Of a stretch of DNA of 50,406 nt, positions 19,541 to 28,329 are shown in pieces. The stretch is from an uncultured Verrucomicrobiae bacterium. Its GTDB lineage: Bacteria; Verrucomicrobiota; Verrucomicrobiia; Opitutales; Opitutaceae. Below the pieces are notes generated by a model. The model was not told where the DNA came from. It saw only the letters and a program-made list of their open reading frames with translations, and did not search any database. A program made the position numbers and the translations under genes. Each line of letters begins with the position of its first letter. Position 1 is the first letter of the stretch. Location of the stretch: positions 1 to 50,406 of the forward strand of contig CAVRNM010000068.1 of the NCBI GenBank assembly GCA_963722225.1, read 5' to 3'.

Positions 19541-20366
19541 ACCTCTCCCCGCCGCCCAGGAAGGACGGTTCGCCTTTATCGGCGCCGGGCGCATGGCCTC
19601 CGCCATGGTCGGGGGATTGCTGACCACCAAGGCGGCCCGGCCCGCCGAGATCGCCTGCATCGGCGGCGATGATGACACCGCGCAGATTCTCGCCGGGCGC
19701 ACGGGCATTGCGGCGGCGCCCGATCTGGCCTCGCTTCTGGCCTCGGCCGACACCGTCGTGCTCGCCTGCAAGCCGCAGCAACTCGCCGGGCTGGATCCGC
19801 GCCTGGCCGGCCTCACCGCCGGCCGGTTGGTGATTTCAATTCTCGCCGGCAAGCGGCTGGCGCGCCTGGCCGGGACGTTTCCCGGGGCCAGGAACCTGGT
19901 GCGCGCCATGCCCAACACCCCGGGCCAGATCGGCGCCGGCATCACGGGCTGGGCTTCGCTCAGTCCGCTGAGCGCTTCCGATCGCGGCATCGTGGAGACC
20001 GTGCTCGGCGCCTTGGGGGAAATGGTGGCGCTCAACGAGGCCGACCTCGATGCCGTCACCGCTCTCAGCGGCAGCGGGCCGGCTTTCCTGTTCGAATTCG
20101 TCGCGGCACTCCGCGAAGGCGGCGTGGCCGCCGGACTGCCGCGCGACGTCGCCGCCAAACTGGCCCAGGCGACGGTGCTTGGCTCCGCCCGCCTCCTGGC
20201 GGAAACCAGGATCGAACCGGAAGCGCTGCGCGACCAGGTGACCTCCCCGCACGGCACGACCTTCGCCGGCCTGCAATGCCTGGCGGCGCGCGGCTTTCGC
20301 GACACCCTCAAGGATACCATCCTCGCCGCCAAGGCCCGTTCCGAGGAGCTCTCGCAGGATGCCTGA
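19533..20366 (+). CDS. proC: Pyrroline-5-carboxylate reductase
   Basis: FAFIGAGRMASAMVGG..MPNTPGQIGAGITG..SGSGPAFLFEFVAAL..VTSPHGTT. A GTG at 19533 overlapping the upstream stop is proposed as the start. The start is uncertain because the track ATG at 19482 overlaps 59 nt of the upstream gene. Confidence 0.85.
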   Translation: MSEPLPAAQEGRFAFIGAGRMASAMVGGLLTTKAARPAEIACIGGDDDTAQILAGRTGIAAAPDLASLLASADTVVLACKPQQLAGLDPRLAGLTAGRLVISILAGKRLARLAGTFPGARNLVRAMPNTPGQIGAGITGWASLSPLSASDRGIVETVLGALGEMVALNEADLDAVTALSGSGPAFLFEFVAALREGGVAAGLPRDVAAKLAQATVLGSARLLAETRIEPEALRDQVTSPHGTTFAGLQCLAARGFRDTLKDTILAAKARSEELSQDA

Positions 20367-20496
20367 CCAGGGAAGGGATGGCTTTTCTCCGTCTTCGGAG
20401 CCGCGCGCGCCAGCCCGGATGTTTCACACTTTACTCGATAGCCTGCATGCAGACTGTAGACGACCCGCGGACCGAGCACACTGGCCGGAACATCCG

Positions 20497-20688
20497 GGCT
20501 AAGCCGGATCGATGCAGTCGGGGCGATTTCATACTCGTGGTTCGACGCACAGTTCGGTCGGGCGTTGTAGGGCGGGGTCGCCGCACCCCGCCACTTTCGG
20601 CAAAACGGCGGGATGGCGGATGTCGCGCCTTGTGGCGCTCGGTACGGCGATCCCGCCCTGCATCCGACTGCATGGGTTCGGCTAAGCC
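20497..20688. repeat. Composite REP/MITE-like element (family 1 palindrome nested between ~25-bp imperfect terminal inverted repeats)
   Basis: GGCTAAGCCGGATCGATGCAGTCGG (20497-20521) pairs with CCGACTGCATGGGTTCGGCTAAGCC (20664-20688). The core TGTAGGGCGGGGTCGCC..GCGATCCCGCCCTGCA lies at 20566-20662. Confidence 0.7.
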
Positions 20689-20790
20689 CGCATATCCTTT
20701 GACAATCGCCAGCACAGGAACCATCAGCAGAAAAATGATCGTGGCGATGGCAAAGACTATGAAATATGCGGGCTAGCGAGTGGCCCCGCC

Positions 20791-21858
20791 ATGAACATCG
20801 CCCCGATGCCTGCTCCAGACTCCTTCACCTCGAAACCCATCCTGGTCACCGGCGGCGCCGGCTTCATCGGCAGCGCGCTCGTGTGGGCGCTCAACCAGCG
20901 CGGCCGGACCGACATTGTCGTCACCGACTTCCTCGAACCCGCCAAGCGTTGGAACGGCGTGGTGGCCCTGGACTCCGGCCGCGACAGCAAGCGCCGCAAC
21001 CTGGCGCCCCTGAGATTCAAGGACTACGTTGAGGCCGATGTCTTCCGCGCGCGGATTCAGTCGGCTCCGCAGGCCTTCGGCGAGTTCGGCTCGGTCTTCC
21101 ACCTCGGCGCCTGTTCCGCCACCACCGAGTGCAACGAGTCCTACCTGCGGGATAACAATTTCGGCTATACGCGGGATCTCGCCGAATGGTCGCTCGCCCA
21201 GGGGGCGCGCTTTGTCTACGCCTCCTCCGCGGCCACCTATGGCGACGGCACCGCGGGCATGGACGACCAGGACGACAATCTCGCCCGCCTGCATCCCCTC
21301 AACCTGTACGGATGGTCCAAGCAGCAGTTCGATCTGCACGCCCAGAAGGCCGGCTACCTTGGCCGCATCGCGGGCCTGAAGTATTTCAACGTCTACGGGC
21401 CGAACGAGGACCACAAGGGCGACATGCGCTCGCTGGTGCACAAGGCCTGTGAGCAGATTCGGGCGACGGGGAAAGTCGGCTTGTTCAAGAGCTACCGGCC
21501 GGAATTCAAGGACGGCGAACAACAGCGCGATTTTCTCTATGTGAAGGACGCCGTGGAGATGACGCTGCATTTCGCCGAGCGGGCGCCGGCGGCGGGCGGC
21601 CTCTACAATCTCGGTTCGGGCCAGGCGAACACATGGCTGGCGCTGACCTCGGCCATCTTCGCCGCGCTCGGCCGGCCGCCGCGCGTCGAGTTTATCGAGA
21701 TGCCCGAGGTGCTGCGCGACAAATACCAGTATTTCACCCAGGCGGACATCACCAAGCTGCGCGCCACCGGCTACTCCCGGCCGCTCACCCCGCTCGCCGA
21801 CGCCGTGCGGGGTTATGTGCAGAACCACCTCGTGCCGGACCGGCGGCTGGGAGAGTAA
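20791..21858 (+). CDS. hldD: ADP-L-glycero-D-manno-heptose 6-epimerase
   Basis: ILVTGGAGFIGSALV..YASSAATYGDG..NLYGWSKQQFD..GLKYFNVYGPNEDHKGDMRS. These motifs are typical of HldD/RfaD. Confidence 0.85.
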   Translation: MNIAPMPAPDSFTSKPILVTGGAGFIGSALVWALNQRGRTDIVVTDFLEPAKRWNGVVALDSGRDSKRRNLAPLRFKDYVEADVFRARIQSAPQAFGEFGSVFHLGACSATTECNESYLRDNNFGYTRDLAEWSLAQGARFVYASSAATYGDGTAGMDDQDDNLARLHPLNLYGWSKQQFDLHAQKAGYLGRIAGLKYFNVYGPNEDHKGDMRSLVHKACEQIRATGKVGLFKSYRPEFKDGEQQRDFLYVKDAVEMTLHFAERAPAAGGLYNLGSGQANTWLALTSAIFAALGRPPRVEFIEMPEVLRDKYQYFTQADITKLRATGYSRPLTPLADAVRGYVQNHLVPDRRLGE

Positions 21859-22070
21859 GCCGGAACAGCAAAGCCCGGCTAACGGACGGAAGGAGACACG
21901 CTCGATCCCTGCCGGGGCAGGCCGTGCGCAGAGATCTCCTCCGGTCCGGCACGATCACCCAACGGTCTGCGAATCCCCGTTGGGAGGTCCACGGACAAGG
22001 TCCTCTTGCACGGATTCCGCACCACCGGGTTGGCCGCCTCATCGAGAAGCCTACGCTCGCTGATGAAATG

Positions 22071-22097
22071 AAAAAGCCCGCCGTTTCGGGCGGGCTT
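22071..22097 (-). terminator. Intrinsic-terminator-like hairpin with U-run on the minus strand, no obvious upstream ORF
   Basis: The plus strand reads AAAAAGCCCGCC-GTTTCG-GGCGGGCTT. On the minus strand this is an 8-bp GC stem followed by TTTTT. Confidence 0.4.
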
Positions 22098-22208
22098 GTA
22101 GATTAGACTGGAGTTGGACTTATTTCGGGAACCGGCGACGGAGCGCAGCGAGACCAAAAACGACTGGCCGGGCATCGAGTGGTTCGCGCGGAAGAATCCG
22201 ACGGGATT

Positions 22209-22305
22209 ATGTGTGAATTCTCGACAAGAGCACGCGTTGCCCCTACCGATATAATTGAAATAGGCGCAGGCGATCGTGTGAGGGCGATGTCGAGAATTCA
22301 CACAT
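22209..22305. repeat. Perfect 18-bp inverted repeat with 61-nt spacer
   Basis: ATGTGTGAATTCTCGACA at 22209-22226 pairs with TGTCGAGAATTCACACAT at 22288-22305. The right copy overlaps the first codons of the PIN remnant. Confidence 0.8.
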
Positions 22306-22438
22306 GACCCATCGACGGCCGCTGGATTTATTGCATGTGGCCGCTGCGGTCAGCCTAAGCGCGAAGGCATTTCTCACCTGCGACGGACGGCAACTTGCGC
22401 TGGCGCGTGCGGCAGGCCTCCACGCCGACAAGATTTAG
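22304..22438 (+). pseudogene. C-terminal remnant of a PIN-domain (VapC-like) toxin
   Basis: The 44-codon ORF MTHRRPLDLLHVAAAVSLSAKAFLTCDGRQLALARAAGLHADKI matches the conserved PIN C-terminus pattern (D-x-x-H-x-A-x-A .. F-x-T-x-D). The frame is closed by a TGA at 22256-22258, so the N-terminal ~90 aa are missing. Confidence 0.45.
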
Positions 22439-22474
22439 AGCGGTTTAAATTGCACTGTAGCCGAGAACACGAAC

Positions 22475-22539
22475 GTAGCTGCGAGCGTCAGCGAGCGGAT
22501 GGCTCGTCCGCTCGCTGACGCTCGCGGCTACACTTTTTT
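22475..22539 (+). terminator. Strong Rho-independent terminator (25-bp stem, 7-nt loop, T6)
   Basis: GTAGCTGCGAGCGTCAGCGAGCGGA (22475-22499) pairs with TCCGCTCGCTGACGCTCGCGGCTAC (22507-22531) with one mismatch, followed by ACTTTTTT. It lies between the convergent PIN remnant (+) and the cbb3 operon end (-). Confidence 0.6.
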
Positions 22540-22667
22540 GAAACCGCGCTAGGTTCCGCGCATAGGTGAACAAACCGGCCGGCCGGACGAACCACGCGCC
22601 GGCGCGCACGGCCACCGGCTCCGGCCGCGCGACGAACACGTGCCAGCCACGGTCCCGCGCGCCTTCG

Positions 22668-23318
22668 TCAGGGGAGCTTCAGCAGCTCTTCCGGCGCCCA
22701 CGGACCGGTGCGCGTGGCGACCGCCGCCCGGATTTCCTTCACTTTGTCCGGCGAAACAGCCGGCGCGTTGTTGCCCCACTCCGACCGGACGTAAGTCAGG
22801 ACGTCCGCGATCTGCTCGTCCCGCAGTTGCGGGCCGAAGGCCGGCATCGAGCTGCTGAACGCGGCGCTCTTGACCGTGATCGGGCCGCTGAGCCCGTTCA
22901 GGACAATCCGGATGATCCGTTCCTCCGGACCCTGCGCCCATTCGGATCCCGCCAGCGGCGGATAGGCCCCGGGCAGCCCCAAGCCCGTCGTCTGGTGGCA
23001 GGCAATGCAGTTCGCAAACACCCGTTTGCCGATCACCTTCGGGTCCTGGACCGCGGGCGCCGCGCCGCTTTCCAGCATGCCCGGCAGGATCCGCTCGTCG
23101 TAAACCAGCGGATCAAATCCTCCCGAATAACGCCCCAGGTAGATCGCGGAGAAGAGAATCAGCGCGCTCATCAAACCCAGCAGCATAAGCGGCAGCGGCG
23201 AGTAGCCTTCCGTCGGTTCGGGCTTCTCGCGCAGCAGTATCGCGTGGACCTGCTGCAGCTGCTCGTCGGATGCGCCGGCCGGCTCCGGCGGCACGGGGTC
23301 GGAGGGATCGGCGCTCAT
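22668..23318 (-). CDS. Membrane-anchored mono-heme cytochrome c, CcoP-like third subunit of the cbb3 oxidase
   Basis: One TM helix (LPLMLLGLMSALILFSAIYL) and a single CIACH heme motif. An ATGA start/stop overlap with ccoO indicates translational coupling. Confidence 0.65.
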   Translation of the reverse strand: MSADPSDPVPPEPAGASDEQLQQVHAILLREKPEPTEGYSPLPLMLLGLMSALILFSAIYLGRYSGGFDPLVYDERILPGMLESGAAPAVQDPKVIGKRVFANCIACHQTTGLGLPGAYPPLAGSEWAQGPEERIIRIVLNGLSGPITVKSAAFSSSMPAFGPQLRDEQIADVLTYVRSEWGNNAPAVSPDKVKEIRAAVATRTGPWAPEELLKLP

Positions 23319-23974
23319 CGGGCTCCCCCGCCCTTGGGGGGCACGTAGGGTTTCGCCTCGGGAAACTCGTACGTGTCCTTGAGACTCAGGAGATAGGCGA
23401 CAAGCGCGTCGGCGCGGGACGTCGGCACGAGCTCGTAGCCGGGCCGGTCGAGGTCGTGCCGCTTCGCGTATTCAGCCGGCAACTTCAGCGCCTGCGGCGA
23501 CCGCTCGCCCACGATCCGGCGATACTCGAACAAAAACCCGAACGGCGCCATGATCGAACCGGGCGAGGTTAGCCGCGGATCGAACAGATGGAGGTAGTGC
23601 CAGTCGGCCGAGGGCTGGCGCGCCCCGATGTTGCGCAGGTCGGGCCCGGTGCGCATCGTGCCGAGGTAGACCCGCTTGTCATTCACATAGTCCCGCGCCA
23701 CGCTCTGGCGCTCGCCCCAGCCGCGCTCGGTGTCCGCCCCAAAACCCGGCCGGCGCACCTGCTGGGAATGGCAATACAGGCAGCCGAGGTCCTGGTAGAC
23801 CAGCCGGCCGCGCTCCGCCTGGCCGGACAGCTTCTCGGGATAGGTTTTGCCCTCATTCTGGTCGTAGTACGGAGTCAGGCTGCCGTACTGGATCTGGTTG
23901 GTCAGCACGATGCCCGTCCACGAAAATGCAAGCGCGAAGAAAATGCCGAGAAAGATGAGCGGGCCCCGGTTCAT
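23315..23974 (-). CDS. ccoO: cbb3-type cytochrome c oxidase subunit II (mono-heme)
   Basis: Start at MNRGPLIFLGIFF (ATG at 23974, ATGA overlap with the ccoN stop). Motifs: CLYCHSQQVR heme site, GTMRTGPDLRNIG and HLFDPRLTSPGSIMAPF. Confidence 0.85.
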   Translation of the reverse strand: MNRGPLIFLGIFFALAFSWTGIVLTNQIQYGSLTPYYDQNEGKTYPEKLSGQAERGRLVYQDLGCLYCHSQQVRRPGFGADTERGWGERQSVARDYVNDKRVYLGTMRTGPDLRNIGARQPSADWHYLHLFDPRLTSPGSIMAPFGFLFEYRRIVGERSPQALKLPAEYAKRHDLDRPGYELVPTSRADALVAYLLSLKDTYEFPEAKPYVPPKGGGAR

Positions 23975-25470
23975 CGGACAGAGGGGGTTGGCCCGGCCGG
24001 CGGCGGTTGGAAGAGCGTCGGGGCGGTCACCCCGGAGGAACGCCGCCCCACCAGCATCCACACCACGTTAACCGCGAAGGCGACGTGGCCGATGGTGATC
24101 ACGATGCCGGCCACGCTCCGGAGGAACAGCCAGGGAATCGTGTGCTGCGCCACGTCAAGGAAGGCGATGCTCGCATTGTTCATTTCCGTGCCCTGGATCC
24201 AGCCGCCGATCGAGAGTTCCAGCCAATAGAAGGTGATGCCGATCGCGGTCGCCCAGAAATGCGTGCGGATCAGCGTGGCCGACGGCCACTCCTTCAGCAG
24301 GAGCCGCGGCAGGATGTAGTAGACCGAGCCGAACATCACCATGGTGAAAAAGGCGTACATGCCCTGGTGGGCGTGCGCCACGGTGAAGTGGGTGAAATGC
24401 GTGACCTCGTTGAAACCGCGGATCGCCATCGCCGAGCCGGTCAGGCTCACCAGCGTGTAGTTCACCGCCCCAAAGACGACGAAACGCAGCGTCGGGCTGT
24501 AACGGAGGGCGCTGAAACTGCCCACCATCGTCAAATGATGGTTGATCGCGGTGACCACGACCGGAATCACCATCATGAGGCTGGCGGCAATGCCCGCCGA
24601 GATCACCCAGGCGGGGACCGGTCCGCCGATCAGGTGGTGCACGCCCGCCCAGTTGTAGAAGATGGCGAGCGACCAGAAGCCCAGGACCGAGAGGTAATAG
24701 CTGTGGATCGGCTTCCCCAGCACCTTCGGAATGAAATAATAGGCGGCGGCCAACCCGATCGGGGTGAACCAGAGTCCCAGGACGTTGTGGGCGAACCACC
24801 AGTTGACCAGCGCCTGCACCGTGCCCCGGGCCGGCTCGAAGATCAGCATGATCTGCGCCACCGAATAGAGCCAGGGGAACCAGAAGAGCGCGGCAAGCAG
24901 GTACCACTGCGAGACGTAAATATGCTCGGACTTGCGGAACCGGAACGTAATCACCGCCCACACGCCCACCAGCGCATACGCGACGAAGAGCAGCGGCGTC
25001 GCGTACGGGGGGATCTCCAGCCATTCGATCGACGTCGAATCGCCAGCTAGGATGCCAATGACCCCGACCGTCACGCCGAGATTCCAGAAGCACGCGGCGA
25101 CGATGAGCAGGCCTCCATGCCGCAGTTTCGCGCGCGACAACCGGGCCATCAGCCAGAAGGCCACGGCAAACGCCACGTTGGTGCTCCAGCCGTAGATGAC
25201 CGAGTTGAGATGCGCGGTCCGCGCCCGGCCGAACGTGAGCCACTCGTAGCCACCGAGAAAGTCCGGCGTGTGGAGCTTGATGGAGGAGATCAGCGCGAAG
25301 GCGGTGCCGATCAACAGCCACACGAGACCGGAAAGCAGAAAGACGATCACCGGCCATTTCGCGGAGGCGTCAATCTCGCTCAGCTCGGCGCGCGCCACCG
25401 CGTCGGTCGGCGTGGCAGGATGGAGCGAGGCGGCAAGACTGGAGGCGGTGGCCATGGGCAAGGGCGGCAA
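23971..25470 (-). CDS. ccoN: cbb3-type cytochrome c oxidase subunit I
   Basis: 499-aa polytopic heme-copper oxidase with WWFAHNVLG, HHL and FTVAHAHQGMYAFF motifs. An alternative ATG lies 15 nt downstream, at 25455. Confidence 0.9.
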   Translation of the reverse strand: MPPLPMATASSLAASLHPATPTDAVARAELSEIDASAKWPVIVFLLSGLVWLLIGTAFALISSIKLHTPDFLGGYEWLTFGRARTAHLNSVIYGWSTNVAFAVAFWLMARLSRAKLRHGGLLIVAACFWNLGVTVGVIGILAGDSTSIEWLEIPPYATPLLFVAYALVGVWAVITFRFRKSEHIYVSQWYLLAALFWFPWLYSVAQIMLIFEPARGTVQALVNWWFAHNVLGLWFTPIGLAAAYYFIPKVLGKPIHSYYLSVLGFWSLAIFYNWAGVHHLIGGPVPAWVISAGIAASLMMVIPVVVTAINHHLTMVGSFSALRYSPTLRFVVFGAVNYTLVSLTGSAMAIRGFNEVTHFTHFTVAHAHQGMYAFFTMVMFGSVYYILPRLLLKEWPSATLIRTHFWATAIGITFYWLELSIGGWIQGTEMNNASIAFLDVAQHTIPWLFLRSVAGIVITIGHVAFAVNVVWMLVGRRSSGVTAPTLFQPPPAGPTPSVR

Positions 25471-25615
25471 TCAGATCAAAGATGGAAGAACGTAGATGAA
25501 AGAGCCGGATGCGCTGGGTAAAGGATTTGAGCTGCGTTCCTTGAGATTTGGCCTTTGGAATCTGGCGTTTGGGATTTGGTTTCTTGCCGAGGGCTTACCG
25601 CTTCCAGCTTAAAGC
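25471..25615 (-). repeat. CA-rich degenerate CCAAA-type repeat spacer (ccoS/ccoN intergenic)
   Basis: The sense strand reads ..AAACCAAATCCCAAACGCCAGATTCCAAAGGCCAAATCTCAAGG... It shares the exact 20-mer ATCTGGCGTTTGGGATTTGG (25560-25579, plus strand) with the actA/actB spacer. Confidence 0.75.
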
Positions 25616-25831
25616 TCATTGCTTACTGCCTCCGACCTTCGGTTTCCGCCGCTGCGCCGGGAAATGATCGGTCATTTGCCCAACCGGCTCCTCCTGGTCG
25701 AAGATCGACACCGCCCCCCGTTCGAAGTCCCGGAGCTGCCCGTGCCGAGACGACCAATACAGCGCATACACCGCCGTCGCGGTGAGCGCGGCGCCGACGA
25801 GGGCAATCAGCGTGTAGAAAATCCATTCCAT
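25616..25831 (-). CDS. ccoS: CcoS-like cbb3 oxidase maturation protein
   Basis: The ATG at 25831 gives MEWIFYTLIALVGAALTATAVYALYWSSRHGQLRDFERGAVSIFDQEE. This is a single TM helix followed by a G-Q-x-x-D-x-E motif, typical of CcoS/FixS. Confidence 0.65.
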   Translation of the reverse strand: MEWIFYTLIALVGAALTATAVYALYWSSRHGQLRDFERGAVSIFDQEEPVGQMTDHFPAQRRKPKVGGSKQ

Positions 25832-25836
25832 GCGGC

Positions 25837-26199
25837 TTAAGGTTTTCGGGCGGCGTTGACGTCCCGTAATGTCAATTGCATCGCGCGATCGAGCGGGAGC
25901 TGCACGATCCCCTTGTCCCGGTCGATCCACGCATAGGAGGTCGCGACCGCCTGTTCCTTCGCGCGCATCTCGTCGAGGTGCGTCTGCCGGCCCTCCGCGG
26001 TGAACTTCCACTGCTCTTCCGGCGGGATCCTGGCCAGGTCCACCTCCGGCGCCAGGCGGCGCTGCGGAAGGTAGGCGAGGGAAAGGACGAGGACAAAAAT
26101 GGCGAAGCACCCCACCACCGCCAGGAAGGTCGACCAGAAGCTGGTCCGGCTTTCCGCGGTCCCCGACGGCGACGGTGAATTCTGTGACGGTTCGGACAT
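25837..26199 (-). CDS. Small single-TM protein between actF and ccoS (possible ACIII/oxidase accessory subunit)
   Basis: 120-aa ORF with one TM helix (FWSTFLAVVGCFAIFVLVLSLAYL). It sits in the operon 5 nt upstream of ccoS. No family was recognised. Confidence 0.45.
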   Translation of the reverse strand: MSEPSQNSPSPSGTAESRTSFWSTFLAVVGCFAIFVLVLSLAYLPQRRLAPEVDLARIPPEEQWKFTAEGRQTHLDEMRAKEQAVATSYAWIDRDKGIVQLPLDRAMQLTLRDVNAARKP

Positions 26200-26303
26200 G
26201 GGTGATTTTCGATCTACGACTTACGATTTAAGTCTCTTGATTGATGATCTCTGGTTCCTGACATCCTGATTTCCACATAGTCTGACTTCCGCGTTTTGGT
26301 GGG

Positions 26304-27572
26304 TCATTCCGCCGAACCCTCATGGTAACTGAGGCACTCGGCAATCCGCGGGTCGCGGGTCGGCAGGAGCTTCGTGGTGGAGAAACTCCGGAGGTAAGCC
26401 CAGACGCAGATTCCACCCACCCCGGCCAGCGCGGTGAGGTGCCAGGCCAGCAGGGGCGAGAAAAACGGCAGCGGATGCCCGGCCGCGTCCCGGACGGCCG
26501 GCAGCGTGTTGAAGCACAGGTCAATGAAAAGCATCACCAGGATCCACCACGCGATGAAGCGCGCCCGGTGGGGCTCGATTTTGTTGCGATAAGACAGCAG
26601 ATAGCAAAACGGAAAGGCGAAATAGAGGAACAGGAGGGACATCCCGACCCAGTACCAGTCGCCGTACTCGCGCAAATTGAAGTAGAAGGTCTCCTCCGGC
26701 ACGTTGGCGTTCCAGATCAGGAAGTACTGGGAGAAGGCGATGTAGGCCCAGAAAACCGTGAACGTCAGCATCAGCTGGCCGATGGAATGCAGATGATTGC
26801 GATTGAGGATGCCGCGGTAATCGCCCCGGCGGTGCAGCCAAAGCATCAGCAGCACGCCGACGGCGAGGGCGCCCCGCATTCCGGTGGCAAAAAAATACAC
26901 GCCGTAAATGGTGGAAAACCAGTGGTAATCGAGGCTCTTGAACCAGTCGATCGAGGCAAACGTGATCGCGAAACCGCTGAGCGGGAGACCCGCGGCCGCC
27001 CACCGGCGACTGGACCGCGTCCACTTCAGGTCGCCGTCCACGTCCTGCCGGAACGAATTGCGGCGCACCACGTACGCCAGCCAAATCCAAATCCCGAAGA
27101 ACAGCACCAGGCGCAGCGTAAAGAAGCCGACGTTCAAATAGCCGGCCTTCTTGAAATAGAGGATGTCCTCTTCGACCGTCTCGTGCGAACCGGGCAGCAC
27201 TGACCCCGGGTTCATCCACAACCAGATCAGGCCGGGCCGGAGGTACGCCGAGACCGCCAGCAGCGGGAGAAAGAGCAGCCAGAGCCATTTCAGCGCGGCC
27301 AGCCAATGTTCATATTGCCGGCGGATGACGACGCTCCAGCTCGCGTCGAAAATGTGATGGAGGAGCACCAACATGAGCATCCCCACCACAATCAGCGTCC
27401 AGTAGCCGACCGCCATCAACCACGACAGCGCCACCCGGCGCGGGTCGGACACGAAGAAGCCAACCGCGGTCAGCGCGGTTCCGGCCAGTCCGACGCCCAG
27501 CGCGACACCGGCCTTCGCCGCCGGCGCGCCCGCCGTGGCCGCAGAACCAGGGAATGACGGGCTGGCCTTCAT
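26304..27572 (-). CDS. actF: Alternative Complex III subunit ActF (NrfD-like polytopic membrane subunit)
   Basis: 422-aa polytopic membrane protein. Its start overlaps the actE stop (ATGA). Its position after actE matches the canonical actABCDEF order. Confidence 0.7.
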   Translation of the reverse strand: MKASPSFPGSAATAGAPAAKAGVALGVGLAGTALTAVGFFVSDPRRVALSWLMAVGYWTLIVVGMLMLVLLHHIFDASWSVVIRRQYEHWLAALKWLWLLFLPLLAVSAYLRPGLIWLWMNPGSVLPGSHETVEEDILYFKKAGYLNVGFFTLRLVLFFGIWIWLAYVVRRNSFRQDVDGDLKWTRSSRRWAAAGLPLSGFAITFASIDWFKSLDYHWFSTIYGVYFFATGMRGALAVGVLLMLWLHRRGDYRGILNRNHLHSIGQLMLTFTVFWAYIAFSQYFLIWNANVPEETFYFNLREYGDWYWVGMSLLFLYFAFPFCYLLSYRNKIEPHRARFIAWWILVMLFIDLCFNTLPAVRDAAGHPLPFFSPLLAWHLTALAGVGGICVWAYLRSFSTTKLLPTRDPRIAECLSYHEGSAE

Positions 27573-28210
27573 AATCCCAGGTCCGCCTTGTGATCCGCCG
27601 GCACGTCCGAAACCGTGCCCTGGCGGGCGCGCTCCAAGGCGCGCACGTAGGCGATCACCGCCCAGCGGTCCTCGGGGCCAAGCTTGTCAGCGTACGGCGA
27701 CATGGTGTTCTTCCCGTTGGTGATCGTGTTGAAAATCTCCCCCTCGGGCATTTTGCGAATGCGGTCGTCGTGATACGACGCCGTGGTCACCATGCCATAG
27801 CTCTTGGTGATCCCTTGTCCGTCGCCGAGGGCGCCGTGACAGGGGGCGCAATAGATCGTGTAGCGCTCTTTCCCGCGCTGCATGAACTTCTCGTCCAGCG
27901 CGAGCTCCGGCGGAAAGCCGCGGGCGAACTCGCCGCTGGCCGTCTGGCCGCGATAGCGGAAACCGTCCGCGCGCAGAAAATCCGGATCCGGCGCCAGCGT
28001 GCGCCCGCGCGGCACCACCCCGGCCGGCAGCGGCCGGTCGGCGCGCCCGTCGGCGAAAAACCTGGACTCGGCCTGCGGCTTGTATTTCGCCTGCCGGTTC
28101 ATGTCGGGGAACACCTCGATCGGCGGCCGGGTGGAGCGCCGGCCGCGAAAACCGCCGATCGAGATCGTCAGCACCACGAGCAAGGCGGTCACATAATAGA
28201 CGGTGCGCAT
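27569..28210 (-). CDS. actE: Alternative Complex III subunit ActE (mono-heme cytochrome c)
   Basis: N-terminal anchor (MRTVYYVTALLVVLTISIGG) and a single CAPCHG heme motif. Confidence 0.75.
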   Translation of the reverse strand: MRTVYYVTALLVVLTISIGGFRGRRSTRPPIEVFPDMNRQAKYKPQAESRFFADGRADRPLPAGVVPRGRTLAPDPDFLRADGFRYRGQTASGEFARGFPPELALDEKFMQRGKERYTIYCAPCHGALGDGQGITKSYGMVTTASYHDDRIRKMPEGEIFNTITNGKNTMSPYADKLGPEDRWAVIAYVRALERARQGTVSDVPADHKADLGL

Positions 28211-28329
28211 GGCTTATTCCGCGTGTTTCATGCCGCTGTCGGCGCCGTCAGCAACCGTAGGGGCGCAGACTTGCTGCGCCCGCTCGCGGCCGGCGCGACC
28301 AGACCGCGCTCTGTTGGTGCCTACCTGGT

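Noticed and set aside
20380-20790. Possible tRNA or small structured RNA gene in the proC/hldD gap
   Set aside because: The structure is explained by the REP-like palindrome and its flanking inverted repeats. No cloverleaf with an anticodon arm and T-loop (GTTCRANNC) could be traced by eye.
26237-26251. FNR/Anr-type box (TTGAT-N4-ATCAA) upstream of the cbb3 genes: TTGATTGATGATCTC
   Set aside because: Only the left half-site matches; the right half (GATCT) has 2 of 5 matches. No better candidate was seen in 25471-25615 or upstream of actA.
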